From positions 8,060,001-8,124,000 of the forward strand of contig OZ059896.1 in the NCBI GenBank assembly GCA_964057225.1: DNA of 64,000 nucleotides. Reading direction: 5' to 3'. The notes beneath the pieces were generated by a model. It saw only the letters and a list, made by a program, of their open reading frames with translations. It was not told the origin of the DNA and did no database searches. Positions 1 to 14,500 of this stretch are shown piece by piece (within the stretch, counting starts at the first letter, position 1; every line of letters begins with the position of its first letter). The stretch is from Auanema rhodensis (Eukaryota; Animalia; Nematoda). Made by a program: the position numbers and the translations under genes.

Positions 1-1010
1 CATGGCAAACGGCTAACAAATATGGAGCATCTGTGATATATGGACGATTCCATGTTGATTGTAGAGTTGAAACATCAACAATCCATTCTACTCCCGCTCT
101 AACGATAATTACAACGGTTATGTATATATATATATATTGGAAACCAACCTTTTCGTGTAATTTTCACGTTCGTCAGCTTCAAGAATATTACGAATATCAT
201 GTTTCAAATCATCTCGAACGATTACACAAAAGACCCATGGTTGAGTATTACCAACTGATGGGGCAGATCCTAAAAAAATTTAATAAAAAGGAAATAGAAA
301 AGTTCAAAGAATAGTATATTATTGATAATTTAATTCATCGAATGTCTTTACCTGCGGTTTTTATCAAATTTTGAATAACTTTAAGAGAGACAGGACGACC
401 GCTAAATTCAAAAAGGTTAATCTAGGATCAATCAGATGAATTTTTCAAACCTAAACGTTCTCACACTTCTCCTCATCTTCATTTGTTCATAAAAAAATTG
501 CGATTTCTTTAACGATTCATCATCATCATAGGAATGCATAAAATATGGTATCTTAAATTTTATACAATTGAAAAAAAATTTTAATTTAAAATTTAACATA
601 TTAGAATTTAGATTTTTAATAATTAACAAACCTCTTTTTCATTATATACAAAAGCATGAAGATCGGTTAAAAAACTATCATCTCCTACTCCGCGTTCCGA
701 TATCTCCTGCAAAATTATAATAGGTTAAGGATGAAGCATGAATTTACAAGAAAAAACCTTTTTTAAGTCAACTTTTGCTTCATTTCTTCGTTCATGACGT
801 TTTGTTCTAGTTAATAAACTCATCACTTGATAACTTATAAAAGCAATAACCTTAAAACTACTTCGGTATATGTATTACGGCAGATCGACAAACCAAAATT
901 GATATAGAGATATTCAATATTATTTCTGTGTGTTCAGCATACTTTTCTTGTAAATCCCGCAAAAGACACCGAATATACTTTGGATCGAAAAATCGAGTTT
1001 TATTCACCAT
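1..1010 (-). CDS. sup-18: Iodotyrosine deiodinase (nitroreductase family), multi-exon, 3' end runs off the window
   Basis: Spliced translation gives FYEQMKMRRSVRTF, SAPSVGNTQPWVFCVI, ILEADERENYTKR and STWNRPYITDAPYLL, which match IYD motifs; there is an N-terminal hydrophobic anchor. ATG at 1010 follows an acceptor-like CTTTAAG. Confidence 0.9.
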
Positions 1011-1975
1011 ACCACAGCCTTAAAGTAGCTTTGACTGACAAGTAATTTAAGAAATAAGTAATAATCAGAAAATAATTTAGCAAATTCATCCTACAAAATA
1101 TTTAATATTTATAGTTTATTTCACATTTTTTTCGTATCGAATTATATTTTCAAGATTGCTTGACCTTATTACATACTTCGTAGCTAGGCATGTTAATAAG
1201 TTTCGACTCAGAAGTGTCAGCTGTTCATGATTAGGGTCAGAATATTCTTTCTGAGCTATTAAAAAACAAGAAAAACAGTTTTAAATGAATTTCTTGTGTC
1301 ATATATAGAATATTTTGATCAATTGAAGATTTACTGAGATATGTCAGAAGATCAGTCAAAGGCAAGATAAGTAACAAAGAGATTCCAGATCCAGAATAAA
1401 ATAAATGAGTTTAGCCAGCTTGAATCCTACGCATTTTGAATGATTAGTAACTAATAAAAAAACACTTGACGATCAATAAACATTCAATGAGTAATTGAAA
1501 AGTTTAAAGACAAAAAAAACGACAATTGAGATATAAGCAAGTCTTAAGCCATCTATTAATCAGAGCAAAGGCCGTACGTTGTAAAAGTGGATGAAGAACA
1601 AGTGGAGCAGCGTGCGCTGGAAAGGCACATGGGGGCGGAACAATGAAAACACAATCGACACAACAAGCTGGAAGTGGAAGGAGACAAACGACATCAATGA
1701 AAGGGATAAGGGATAAAGAGAAATAGAACTTGAAAACGTGCAGCAACCATCCGTTGCTCATCACCATGAACCAATGGTGCCCCCTCCCTTTTAACTGATA
1801 ATCTTCGCTCAACAGAGCAATTTTCATATTTTCAATGCTGGAAGAGATAAATATCCAGAGTGAGGATGTACTATTATATTGTTAAGTAAGAAAACAAGAA
1901 AAAAATATAGAGAAGGTTTTCATTTCGTTTTCGAACATACACTACTAGTACCCGTCAAATTTTACGTATAACTTT

Positions 1976-3150
1976 TTAAATCTTGGGTGTTATTTTCGTT
2001 ATTTCCTGCTCGATGATCGGTAAGGAAGGCCACACTTGGTTACCATCCAGTAGGACATTAGGAGGCTTCAAATTATAAAATCAATAACATCAATCTTAGT
2101 ATAAATAACTCACAAGATGAGATATATCTTCGTACTTAGCTTCTCTTAGACTCCATTCTCTAATCATGTGGTCAGCCCCGTTGTCGCCAACTAATCGTGT
2201 GTCACAAACTCTAAAATATTGAAACTATTAAAAACTATTGATCAGTGATGACTACCTGATCAACACTCTATCAACCCGAAGATAGAATCTCATCAAAACA
2301 AAAAAGTATGATGGCATAACACGGATCCGAACTTCCATCTAAAAAAAACAAAACATAAACAATAATTAATAAACATTGAAATAACAAATTTCCTGAGCAT
2401 ACCTTAGCACTGCCATGATCGGCTAACTCATCTTCATATAAGGTGGTGGAACCATAAAATATAATGGGATCTTGGCGTTTCAATCTCTCCATGTCTATAG
2501 TTTCTGTCGTAGGCTCTATCTAGAAGAAACAACTTTAACAATTGTAGATATATATATAATGAAGAACATTGCAGTTTTCAGTTTTTCCGTTAAATTTGGT
2601 TGTAAATGTCCAGTCGTACGGTTCGGCGTGGCCATTCATTTTCATATCTTTGCGAGATTGTTGCCAGACGGCGGAAGGTGCAACTTGAATATCTGGAACT
2701 TTGTCAGGACATACCATAAGAAGAGCATCAAGAGCAGTGAACTGGATGTTCGATCCTAAATATTGTTATTTTATGATTCCTTCAAAGGTTAATACAAAAA
2801 CCTGGGAATTTATCAAAAGATATAGAGAGTATATTATGGGGGAACACCATCTCAGGAAGTTCAGGTAACTTAAGTATAGATGAAAACAAACATTTCTAAA
2901 TACTTTTTTTTTCAATACAATGAAAACAATTTCGAGAGCTTACGGAGCAATCAGAACTTTCACTGGTATGCCTACACATAGACTCCAGGATATGGTCTTC
3001 TGTGATTTTAAACCGATATCCTCCTTGACAAAAGGAATCCTAAGTATTAATTTAACAAAGATAATACAGAATACAAAAAACCGTTTTTCTTGAATTTCTC
3101 CAGGCCTGTTCTAAAACATCAGAGTTCGAACTTTTCACTCGTATGCTCAT
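1976..3150 (-). CDS. TIPRL: TIP41-like protein (TIPRL, PP2A regulator), multi-exon
   Basis: Motifs LPELPEMVFPHN, PYDWTFTT, LYEDELADHG, RVMPSYFFVLMRFYLRVD and RVCDTRL; exons join in frame from ATG 3150 to TAA 1976-1978. Confidence 0.93.
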
Positions 3151-3258
3151 CTGGCTAGATAATTAACAAACACATTAAATAAGAAACAAAATCGGTATAT
3201 TATATTTGAAAGTACATGCTAAAGTAATTACATGGAAAGTTTACACGGCAAATTTATT
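3151..3258 (-). promoter_or_regulatory. Operon-type intercistronic region BAG6 to TIPRL
   Basis: Minus-strand AATAAA at 3258-3253 and acceptor CCAG directly before ATG 3150, about 100 nt apart. Confidence 0.6.
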
Positions 3259-3479
3259 AAACGCTTAAACTAACCGGGAGAACTATAACAAAAACATATG
3301 ACCAACACACTCTACATAATCTTAGCTTAAAATTTAAGATACGAAAGTATGACCAACAACTCTAAGAATGTAAAATACTTAAATTAATAAACACGTAATC
3401 ACAGAAATCGCTGTGAAACAAAGCTGGCGACTATAAGCTTTAACACATGATAAATCGGGCAAAAAGTCAGTTAATTTAA

Positions 3480-6400
3480 TTAATCAGTTTCGTCCATGAA
3501 ATCTAAGGTGGCCGTTTGTGGTGACTGAGGAATGCTTCTTACACTCAGATGATCTAATGTATCCACCATGCCCGTAATAGAAGAAGATCTGGTCATGGAT
3601 CCACCCTGAAATAAAATCAAGGGAGTTTTCAGATTTTCAATTAGGGAGTTATATGCCACATTCACCACTCAAAACAGGGGAGAAAAGGTCTTACAGTTCG
3701 CGCAAAGGAAGGATGTCCCAGCTGATAGCCACGACTAAAGCTCGTATCTACTGTTATTACTCGCTGTCTTTCCATATCCCTCTCCACAATTTCGCGCCAC
3801 CTCTAAAAAGCAAAGCAACCCGATAATAATCCCAGTTTTTCATTTAAAACTCTTACGTTGGGGGGAATAACGTTACGAGGAATGTTGGTGCCACTAGACT
3901 GTGCACCTGTTGAAGGTGTCTGAAAAGTTATTGGTTCGTATTATACAGTTCATTTAAAATTCACCGCTTCCGGCTCAGTTTTTCTCTTTTTTGCCCGAGG
4001 GGAAGTTCCTTGTTCAGGAACTCGAACATTCACAACCTAAACATAACGCTTAAAAACACTGAAAGAATTCAAGAGACACCTCTTCCATTGTAGGTGGAGT
4101 GTCTCGTTCTCCATAAGACGATCCTGCTCGACCCGCAACTCCCAGTGTAGAATCGCTGGCTAAAAAGGAGAAGATTATAATACTAAAGTAGTTACAGCAC
4201 GAAGTTGAATGATTTTTTTAAGAACATATAACAGAATTTTAAAAAAACACACCAGGAGTCGAACTTCGGCCACTAGAAGAGGAGCCCGCATCAGAGGATG
4301 TAGCACTGATAAAAGGACGATGTGGCTCTGTATTCCCAGGTCGAGAATCTCTGATAAGCCTTTCAGTCTGTAAAACAGCATATGAATATTAAAGATAAAA
4401 TGAGATACAACATGTTGCATGTCAGATTGAAGTGCTCTCAAAGCAAACACCTGTCGAGATCTTCCAGCTACTTCTATAAAAAAAAAATTAACATCAAACT
4501 TTACTATACAGCTCACGATCTACTCGTGATACATCATTATCTCTCATCAAGAACAAAATCCAACGAATAGCATGCTGAATAATTCTAAGAAATTCTTCTT
4601 CGCTCTCTGGAGCTATAACATCACCATATTGGTTCATGAAAACCTAAAACAACTTTTATTACCAAGAACTCTATTTTAGTAAACCTGAGGATCGGGAGGA
4701 GGTTGGGAACTTGTAGACGGTCCAGCCGTATTAGATTTTCTTGCTCTGGATTGTGTATTTGATTCTCTTGAGAGCGAACGATTACGCTAAACCAAAATTG
4801 TCAACATCAAAACACAATGAAGAACGAACCGAGGCATTGAGCGAGATAATTTGCTCATAATGGGAACCAGATTCAACAGAATCTGCTCCTAAAGACATTA
4901 ATCTACTATCACAATTCAGGAAAGGGTCTACGGGAACAAGATCTGATGGCTGTAAAAAGAAGAGAGATCGTTTATGTATTGAAACAATATTCTAACAATG
5001 ATGCCAGCTCCATTAAGTCGCTGAGCTTGGATTCCAAATGGCAACATTCTCCTGGGACCGCCAGCAATAACTTGTGGTTGTGTACGTGAAGGCATATTTC
5101 CTTGAAAATATTTGTTAGATAATAAATTAAAATCAATTCCATTTACCGTCAGTAGAGCTCGAGGCCATTGTTGGTAATCTACCATCTCGTGACATTGAAG
5201 ATGATGCAGAAATAGATGTTGCTCCAATAATTGGAATTCCACGACCATTGAGAGTTGTTGATAACATAGGGAAGTTAAAAGAAGCAGTCGTAGCCGACGG
5301 TGCTTCAGAAGGACGAGATGGATCACGACCTGTAGCTGGAGTATCACCAGCCTCTGGCTCAATCTGTAACAAATTACATTAATTTTACGCTATAAATAAA
5401 TGGAAAAAAAACCCTGATTTCCACACCGCTAAGAATCGAATTTGCTCCTTCCAACATAGAAGTTATATCTTGGATAAAGTTAGTAGCTGTGGCCGATGCA
5501 GTGTTCATTCCGTCATCAGGACTACGAGCAACTCGCTAAAAGATTTAAACCTATGATATGCATAAGAACGTTAGCTTACAGTGCGTGCAGCGGATAAGTC
5601 TCTCCTCAGTGCTGCGGGAAGTCTTACATGCTATAGAAAACAGAATTAAATTGGAAAAAAACTAATTATGTACTCTGAAACCAAAGCTGGGTATATGTGG
5701 TAAATATACAGAAGGCTCTGTATTTGCTTGATTCATCATTTGGAGAGCCATTTCCCCACCATAAAATCTGCCAATCGCAGTAATTCCTGATTCCATTAGA
5801 CGTATGTAGAACTGTTCGTAAATGTTCTCGGTGTCTCCATCTTAAATAGAATTCATATACACGTGAAAAAACGTAGAAATAAATGCAAACCACTTGGAGA
5901 AGAAGAATTATTTTGAGCCAGAGCATCTAGGAGACTTCTAACAAGATTTTCATGTTCGTCACGAGAAAGGCTTCGAAACACGTTCAGGGCATCAGTAACA
6001 TCAGCTGCATTAGCAGCACGCGGTGCAGAATTACTTGACGTATCAGCCTTAAGACATCAATAGATATATTATATAAATTGTTGAATACTGTATCTGAGTA
6101 TGTTACAGAGCGCGTAACAAGAGGTGGCCTAACGGCCACAGCAACAGGATAGCTGATTCCAATCGGAACTGCAGTTGTTCTTCGCGTAAAACCTGGAATG
6201 CCATTGTTTTCTTAACGAAACAAAAATATGACAAACCCGTGGGATATAATGAAATCATAGAATTAAACATCGCTTGAGGATCTAAAGAAGTTTATAATAG
6301 GTTATGAAAAAAACAGATACCTTGATTAGGATGACGAAACATATCATTTACGCTTTGTTGACGAGCACGCATTGCTGGTCTAGAGTCAGTTGGGTTTATA

Positions 6401-8010
6401 ATTTCAAATGACAGTTGGCCCTAAACAATGAATTAGTAAAAAAACATATATTCAATTTTATCACTTGGGCAGCATTTGGAAATTGAAACACATCGTTTTG
6501 GGGGTGTAACCGACGTGGCAGAGGATCTTCTAATTTCACAGATACATCACTTAGCAGATGAAGAAGATGGGAATATCGGTGAAGGACTTTCTGCACATGG
6601 TGCGCATATGCACAAAACAAGTTAGCTCTTCCATCAGTTGTTAAATTCTTAATAAAAATAAACAATACATTCTAATAAAAAATCACACCTCATGATTTTC
6701 AATTTCGAACACGTAGTTTGATGATAAAATACGATTATAACGCTCCAAATGAACATGAAACTTATTATATTCTTGATGAGCACTATTGTGTTTATTAACT
6801 AGATCACTCGCCAAAGCATGCCTGAAAAACAAATAAAAAACTGAAAAGCTAAACAACCTTACCTAGCTACATAAGGACTGGAATTGCGATCTTGTCCATT
6901 CTCAGGTAAATGTTGATACCTTCCTTGATATGCAGCACTATTCTGATCATCACAGTCATATTCTGAATCCATCTATATTTTTGTGAATAAAACTCGCTAA
7001 AACCTGGTAGGTTTACAGGTTTCTCCGTGAACCTATCCATTTTGCGAGTAAAATGACGAGTAGCTTTCGTAAGAACATCGTGCGATATATCCTCTCCTTC
7101 TAAAACTCTATCAATAAGAAGAGCTGGACCATCAGATGCCTTAAACACCATATTCATAATTTCAATAAACATTATTGAACAGTCAATACCTCTGCTACTT
7201 TTCGAAAGTGTCGCATATATATTATAGCACGGTCTACTGCAAACATGCGTTCTAGAGCCGGAGAAGGTACATGAGGTCTACTGAAAAGATGTATAGGCAA
7301 CATGTTTAATCAAGTTAATATTCTGACTTAAATGCTGGGAAGTTTACTGTTAAGCTTCCATTAGCAACCTCAACTCGAATTCCTGCACGTATTTCATCAG
7401 GTATATTAGGTAGTTCACTGATTGCTCTTCGAACAATAGCCTGAACATCATGTTTACAAACAAGTAAGCTTCCAATTAAACCTCAAATCGTTCTGGCTCT
7501 GTCAATTCTCCAGATCGTACAACACTAATCATTGATCTAACAGGAGGAATAAGAACTCTGCGAGATGACCAATTGCCACCGGTATTACGTCTTCTAGGCT
7601 CATCGCCTCTCTGTAATCGCTCCTCGTCAGGATAATTTGGTAAATTTGGTCTAAACAGTTTAAATGCACAAGTATGACAATAAAACAAATGAAATACGTA
7701 TTCTCCAACTGCTCAACCACATGAATAACATAACCATCTTCAACACCACATTCCTTTAATGTCTTTGTTTTTTCTCCCAAAAAACGTCCCTAAACAAAAT
7801 GATTTTTTGCGACTATCACAATCTTTTCACCTGAAAGAGCAATCGAATCTTCTGTTCAGGGATAGAAAGACGTTCTGCAACTAAAACCCGAAATTGCTCC
7901 ACAGTTATCTGAAGCATTCAATAAAAATTAGTTATACAATCATAATACACCTGTTCTTCAACATCAAAGCATTCATCCTGACCTGATATAACTTTGGCTC
8001 GAACCCTCAT
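3480..8010 (-). CDS. BAG6: BAG6/Scythe-like large protein with N-terminal ubiquitin-like domain, many exons
   Basis: N-terminal UBL (MRVRAKVISGQ...KIRLLFSGRFLG...TLKECGVEDGYVIHVVE); Ser/Thr/Pro-rich middle; WREIVERDMERQRV...FSRGYQLG resembles the BAG6 C-terminal WVPII..D...Q..LSDAYLSG segment. Not every internal junction was checked. Confidence 0.75.
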
Positions 8011-8677
8011 CTTAACCCTGAAGCATTTCTTTATTAAACGACCAGGATTAGCAAGCGAGCGAATCGATATAAGCAACCAGAGTAAGCTCAATATGAGACG
8101 ACAAATCATACTATTGATAAAAATGATAGTTTTAGAAAACAAATGTGCAGTAAGAGGAAGTCGATATATTTAGAGATCATCGAAAATATTATTGACAAAG
8201 AATATAGAGCATGTATATCCCTGAATCATACTATATTGTCGACGTTGTAAAAGTACTTTCTGGAAGAACCGTCTTAACTACACAAAAAGTGAAACTTGCA
8301 CATGTACAAAGCACTACCATATCGACGCTAGCTTCTATAAGTAATGCGCTCAATATTCAAATCATTTAACTGAGGATAGTTCAGAGCTGATAGATATGGA
8401 TTTCCCAGAATTAAAAACTCAGGCGTTGAAACGAAAATATCGGAAATACGCAATGAGCACTTCGAAGTATGGTGTTTTCTAAATCAAACTGTTCGATATT
8501 ACTACGGAACATTGAAATTTTGCTTCTTCTAATTTTATACGGTATAAAAGATAAGAAGTCTTCACACTGATAGTTATTTTTGGTTATAATCATTATTAGC
8601 ATGTACTCCAAACAAATTTAGAAATATTGACAACAGCTATTCTATTGATTTTGTAAGATACATCATTTATTCAGAAA

Positions 8678-9489
8678 ATGAGCTTGTCTACGTTTCGACA
8701 CCTCGGAAAGAAAATAGTTTGTGTTGGACGAAATTACAAAGACCATGCAATCGAATTAGGAAATCCAATACCGAAAATTCCTATGTTATTTTTAAAGGTT
8801 TTCAGTTTTTATATACAAGAAAAATATATGACTTCAGTCAACTAATGCTTACATCGAAGAAGGACAAAATATTATTATTCCTCCCGGTTGCCAAAATTTA
8901 AATCAGGAAGTTGAATTGGGTGTGATAATAGGAAAAAAAGCCAAGGTTACGATTCAATCGTATTGACTTGCATAATATTGGTTTAGGGAGTTTCAAAATT
9001 AGATGCTATGTCATACGTGGGAGGATACACTGTTGCTCTTGATATGACAGCTCGTGATTTCCAAGTTAGACTTCTTAGTTTTGAGCCTCATGACACGAAC
9101 TTATAGGATGATGCAAAAAAATCTGGTGCTCCATGGTTTCTTGCTAAATCTTTTGATACATCTTGTCCTGTTTCTACCTTCATACCAGCAAAAGACGTAC
9201 TTGTCCATCTCTTTCTTGCTACTGAATTTTAGAAAACTTTCAGATTTTGGATCCTCACGATGTAGAAATATTTTGCCGTATTAATGGTGTTGACAAACAA
9301 CGTTGTAAAACTAACATGATGATTTTTGATATTCCAACTATTATCGAATATGCCACCAAATTTGTTACTCTGGAAGAAGGTGATCTACTTCTGACTGGTA
9401 CACCTGCTGGTGTATGTAAAGTGGTATCAGGAGATAATATAGAATTTGGTATTACTGGCCATCTGTTGTCAAACTTTAAAGTTGAATAG
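8678..9489 (+). CDS. fahd-1: Fumarylacetoacetate hydrolase domain protein 1 (FAHD1), 5 exons
   Basis: [46 protein letters not shown] and [15 protein letters not shown]; introns of 40, 41, 42 and 47 nt all join in frame. Confidence 0.96.
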
Positions 9490-10191
9490 AAAATAAGTTC
9501 TGGATTCTCATTATAGGAAGATGTTTTTGCTCTGCTAAAGTATTATTTTACAAATAAATTTTTAAAGAAAGCCGACTTGGATTTATCGCATTCGTCTTAC
9601 ACATGATTAATTCATGTAAACATTATATGATTTTTTTTCATTTTACTGATTCAGTTCGTTAAGCTTTCCATTCGATTTTGTTATAGCTCAATCCATAGAC
9701 TTCAATCACTAACAGCTGTATTTATTCAAATGAACAAGTAAAAATGTTCCGAGCTTGACCATCTGCCTACTTTTAAAGCCATTCAACCATTTAAGTGGTG
9801 AAACCAGAAATACTTGCATATATTAAACTTGAAAATAAACTTTTAGCCGTACAGTATCCGATATACCCATCTCATTTTATTGTAAAAGCATCGTTTCTCA
9901 TGCTTTTCGGATTTGCAAATTTTTGACAGCTGTACGCACTTTCTCGTCGTACTCCACGATCTTGCGTACTATATTAGTCGGAGTATGGCTGTTGTCTGGT
10001 TCGCGGTGTTCATCTTTTGGCCTCGAACTAGCTTGGATGTCATTTTTTAAATTAATTAATTATTATTATTATTATTTCAACTTTTTTTTAAAAATAAATT
10101 TAATTTTACATTTTTTAAAATTACTCTGTATGATATATGTCGTATTCCTAATTAGAAATATCACATAGTTTGATATTAATTATTTCAGAAA

Positions 10192-10927
<736 letters not shown>

Positions 10928-11456
10928 AGTGAGTTATAATGTCTATTTAGACATTATTTATTTGGAATATTTTGGTTTATACTGTTTAACAATGTGTGCT
11001 CATATGAAATAGATGCGCATAATTAGGATACTTTAAGGTGTCGGCCATATGAGAAATACTTAGTATGTTTTTTTTTGAAAATAAATAGGAATCGAGCGCT
11101 TGCAATACACCATATGTAGAGAGCTTTTCATTTCCTTGTGTATAATTTCCCAGTCTTGTTCATTTCTGTGATTCCTGCTTGTTTATATGCTTGGCATTAC
11201 GATAACTACATATATTAATTGTCAGCCACGACAAGAACAATTTAGTCCTGAATGCTTCACCAATTTAAAGTAACTTGCTTAACCATTATTTTGTACATTC
11301 CTCATTTTTGAACACTATCTCAGTGAACTTAACCAAAAGCTGCTCTTGTTTTTCTGATAACTATTTTTGTTACCGTTGATTGGTGTGATAATTTTTTAAG
11401 GCGCATCTCTATTTTGCTAGACCTTACGTGCCAATTTACATAAGTGATTGCAGAAT

Positions 11457-11554
11457 AATAAATATGTATATAAATTTTTTTAAACTTAATCTGGAGTTTC
11501 TAATTCGCATTTATCGATCATTGACTTTGACGATTTTTATTGTTGTCTTCATAG
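11457..11554 (+). promoter_or_regulatory. Operon-type intercistronic region arf-6 to RAD54B (poly(A) signal plus trans-splice acceptor)
   Basis: AATAAA at 11457-11462, a U-rich spacer, and TTCATAG immediately before ATG 11555; the ~90-nt spacing is typical of SL2 operons. Confidence 0.65.
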
Positions 11555-14500
11555 ATGAGGGTTTACGAGCTTGAAGACAAAAATTCGCCAGGAAGTGAAA
11601 AGGAAAATGGTTAGTAAAGTGCATATGTCAGGAAATATTTCAAGTTCCTCTAGGGGAAGAACTTGCCCGATTTATAGTGCTGTATGCTAAAGCTTCTTCA
11701 AGAAAACATAAAAAATGGGAAGGCGATGGGATCTTAATATGTTATTCGCGAGTAGCTATTCTAAAATCCGAGGATGAACGAGAAGTTATCTCGAGGTACT
11801 ACTAAAAAGTAAGCCGAATTAACTTGATAACACTCAGATCAACTTCAATAAAAAATATTGATCATTTGGATGAAGGAAAAGTTATAATGGTTGGTGGACT
11901 TGAAGTCCAAATTCAAGAGCGTATTAATTCCGTTTCAAAAGTTGTAACTTCAAACCCTAAGCCGTTGTGGTTAGTTCGAAATGTTTTCTATCGTCGCACA
12001 ATAATAAATATTCAAGTACACCTTTGACTAATCCCTTGAAGAGAACTTCATCTATAGATTCTAAGGTAGAATGTGTATACTACTAAGATTATTCTATTTT
12101 TCGTTTAGTTGGGACCTCAGGCCAAGCGTGCTTTGCCATTCTCAAATGCTCCTCGGAAAGGTTTTGTTTGCCCCGTTTTAGGGTGGGATAATGGCCAAGA
12201 AAAAGTTAGATTGATGGCTTAATCGTATGTTTTCAACTTTGAACTTAAGAGTCAAGCATATATACTTAATGAGGACCAAGTATCTGAAGGGGCTACACCT
12301 ATAACTGTGGATCCTCTTATAAGTCGTTTTTTACGTAAACATCAAAAAGAAGGTGTTCAATTTATTTATAACAGATTGAAAGTATCTTGAATATGTTTTA
12401 ACTTTGTTAATGTTTCAATATCAGAAGGAAAACGGTGGCTGCATATTAGCTGATGATATGGGATTAGGAAAAAGCATCCAAACTATAGCTTCTACTTATG
12501 CTATTTTGAAGAACCAGGTATTACTTTATGAGCTTTGAAGACTAAAATTGGACGTGTAGGATAAAAAAAAACTTGGATTTCAAAAATGTGTTATTATTGT
12601 GCCTTCATCTCTTGTGAATAATTGGAAAGCTGAATTCAGAAAGTGGTTTAAAACTTCATGTGTTCCCGTTAGTAATATCTATCAACTTTGTCTACTATAT
12701 TTTTAAGGCCAAAGTTGTTACTAATGTGCATGATATTAATGTGTATTCGGCATCTTTCAAATACAACCCTTATATGATAATCAGCTATGAAATGGCAGCT
12801 AGGTAAATTTTAATGTTGAAACTTTAGTGCAGTTCTGTTGTTCATTAAGATATGTAGAGAAGTTGGAACCTATAAGGTTTGATTTGATGGTTTGCGATGA
12901 AGCTCATCGCTTAAAAAATCTCAAAGGAAAACTTAGGAATGCGGTATTCTTGCTATATGTTAATTAACCCAAGTAGTTCTCTTCAGTTGTTGTCTCTGTG
13001 TGTTACCAGACGGTTGTTGCTCACCGGTACCCCGCTACAGAACGATCTGGAAGAATTTTATTCTATTTTGGATTTTGCATGTCCTTCTAAGTTTGGCACA
13101 CCTAATGAATTCAGAAAAATGTGTAATGGAAATGACGTAAATTGATCCCCAAAGCTTGTACGAAGAATCTTGTAATGTTCTAGCCTCAGCTAACTGAATT
13201 AATTGACGATACTATTCTACGACGTTCTTCTGAAATTAACAAAGATCATTTACCAGATAAATGTGAGCTTTACGTATGTGGAATGCTACAACATCTAATT
13301 TAGACGAATATGTTTTATTCTGTGCTCCGTCGAAAGTGCAGAAGCGTGTGTTTACTACTTTATGCGACCACATGACTGGGGATCCCTTGGTTTTGATGGA
13401 TTTTATGAGGAAATTATCGAATCATCCTGCTTTGTTGTATAAAAAAATAACTGATCAAGACAAGGTTTTCATGAAAGATACTGGAAACATTATGCTGGTT
13501 TTACAGGATATGTCTAAATATTCGTCAGTTGCTTCATCGTTCCCTTCAGAATTCGGGAATCGTCCTGCATCAATTTCTGATTCAGGTATTGTTTTTGATT
13601 GATATGCAATATCTTACTTGGAACTATAGGAAAACTAAGTGTTCTATTAGAGATGCTGGGTAATTTCCGAAAACTAAACGAATGTTGTGTTGTTGTTTCT
13701 AACTATACCAAGGTTTTCACTGAATAGATTTTCTTGTATAGATATATTGAATTTTTGCTTATAGACTCTTGATATGATATCTGGGTTATGCACTTCAATA
13801 GGTTTGAAAGTATTTAGACTTGATGGTTCAGTTGCGATTGCTGAGAGACAAAAGATTGTCAATAGCTTTAATACTGAAAGAGATCCCCAAAATGTATTCC
13901 TATTAAGTTCTAAAGCTGGTATTTCAAAATTTTGATAATATTGAATCAAATTTATTAATTTAAGGTGGTGTTGGGTTAAATCTGATTGCTGCTTCTCGAT
14001 TGGTACTGTTTGATTCTGATTGGAACCCGGCTTGTGATCTTCAAGCTATGGCGCGAATTTGGAGGGATGGCCAAAACAGGACTTGCCATATATATCGTCT
14101 GGCTACTACAGTGAGCATAATAAAAAAGTAATATATTGAATCGTATTCAGGGCACAATTGAAGAAAAAATTTTGCAAAGACAAATAAAAAAAACAGGGTT
14201 GACTGCAGTTTTGGATCTTTCTGAGCAAAGTGGTTCTGGTAAGAATTGAAAAAAAACATATATTCAATGATACTCTTTTCAGGGAATGTAACGTTTAGTG
14301 ATGAAGACTTGTACGATATTTTCAATATAGTTGAAACTAATTGCAACACTCATGATTTACTTGACTGCAATTGCGGTGGAAATGGATTGTTACCAGTTGA
14401 ATTAGATGACGGTATTGATTGGATTTGTATTATTGGTTTTAATTATTACAGTGGATATAAAGAAATCCACAGGATGAATCTTGATTTCATCTTTTTGAAG

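Noticed and set aside
1000-1089. Upstream out-of-frame ORF overlapping the sup-18 start
   Set aside because: A nearer acceptor-like CTTTAAG just before ATG 1010 would exclude it from the mRNA.
1504-1827. 107-aa minus-strand ORF between sup-18 and TIPRL
   Set aside because: Composition reflects CT-rich promoter-like DNA; no family motif and no convincing splice structure.
8211-8483. 52-codon ORF (MYIPESYY...) plus a short downstream frame in the BAG6/fahd-1 divergent gap
   Set aside because: No recognisable homology and no clean splice link; more simply promoter or outron sequence.
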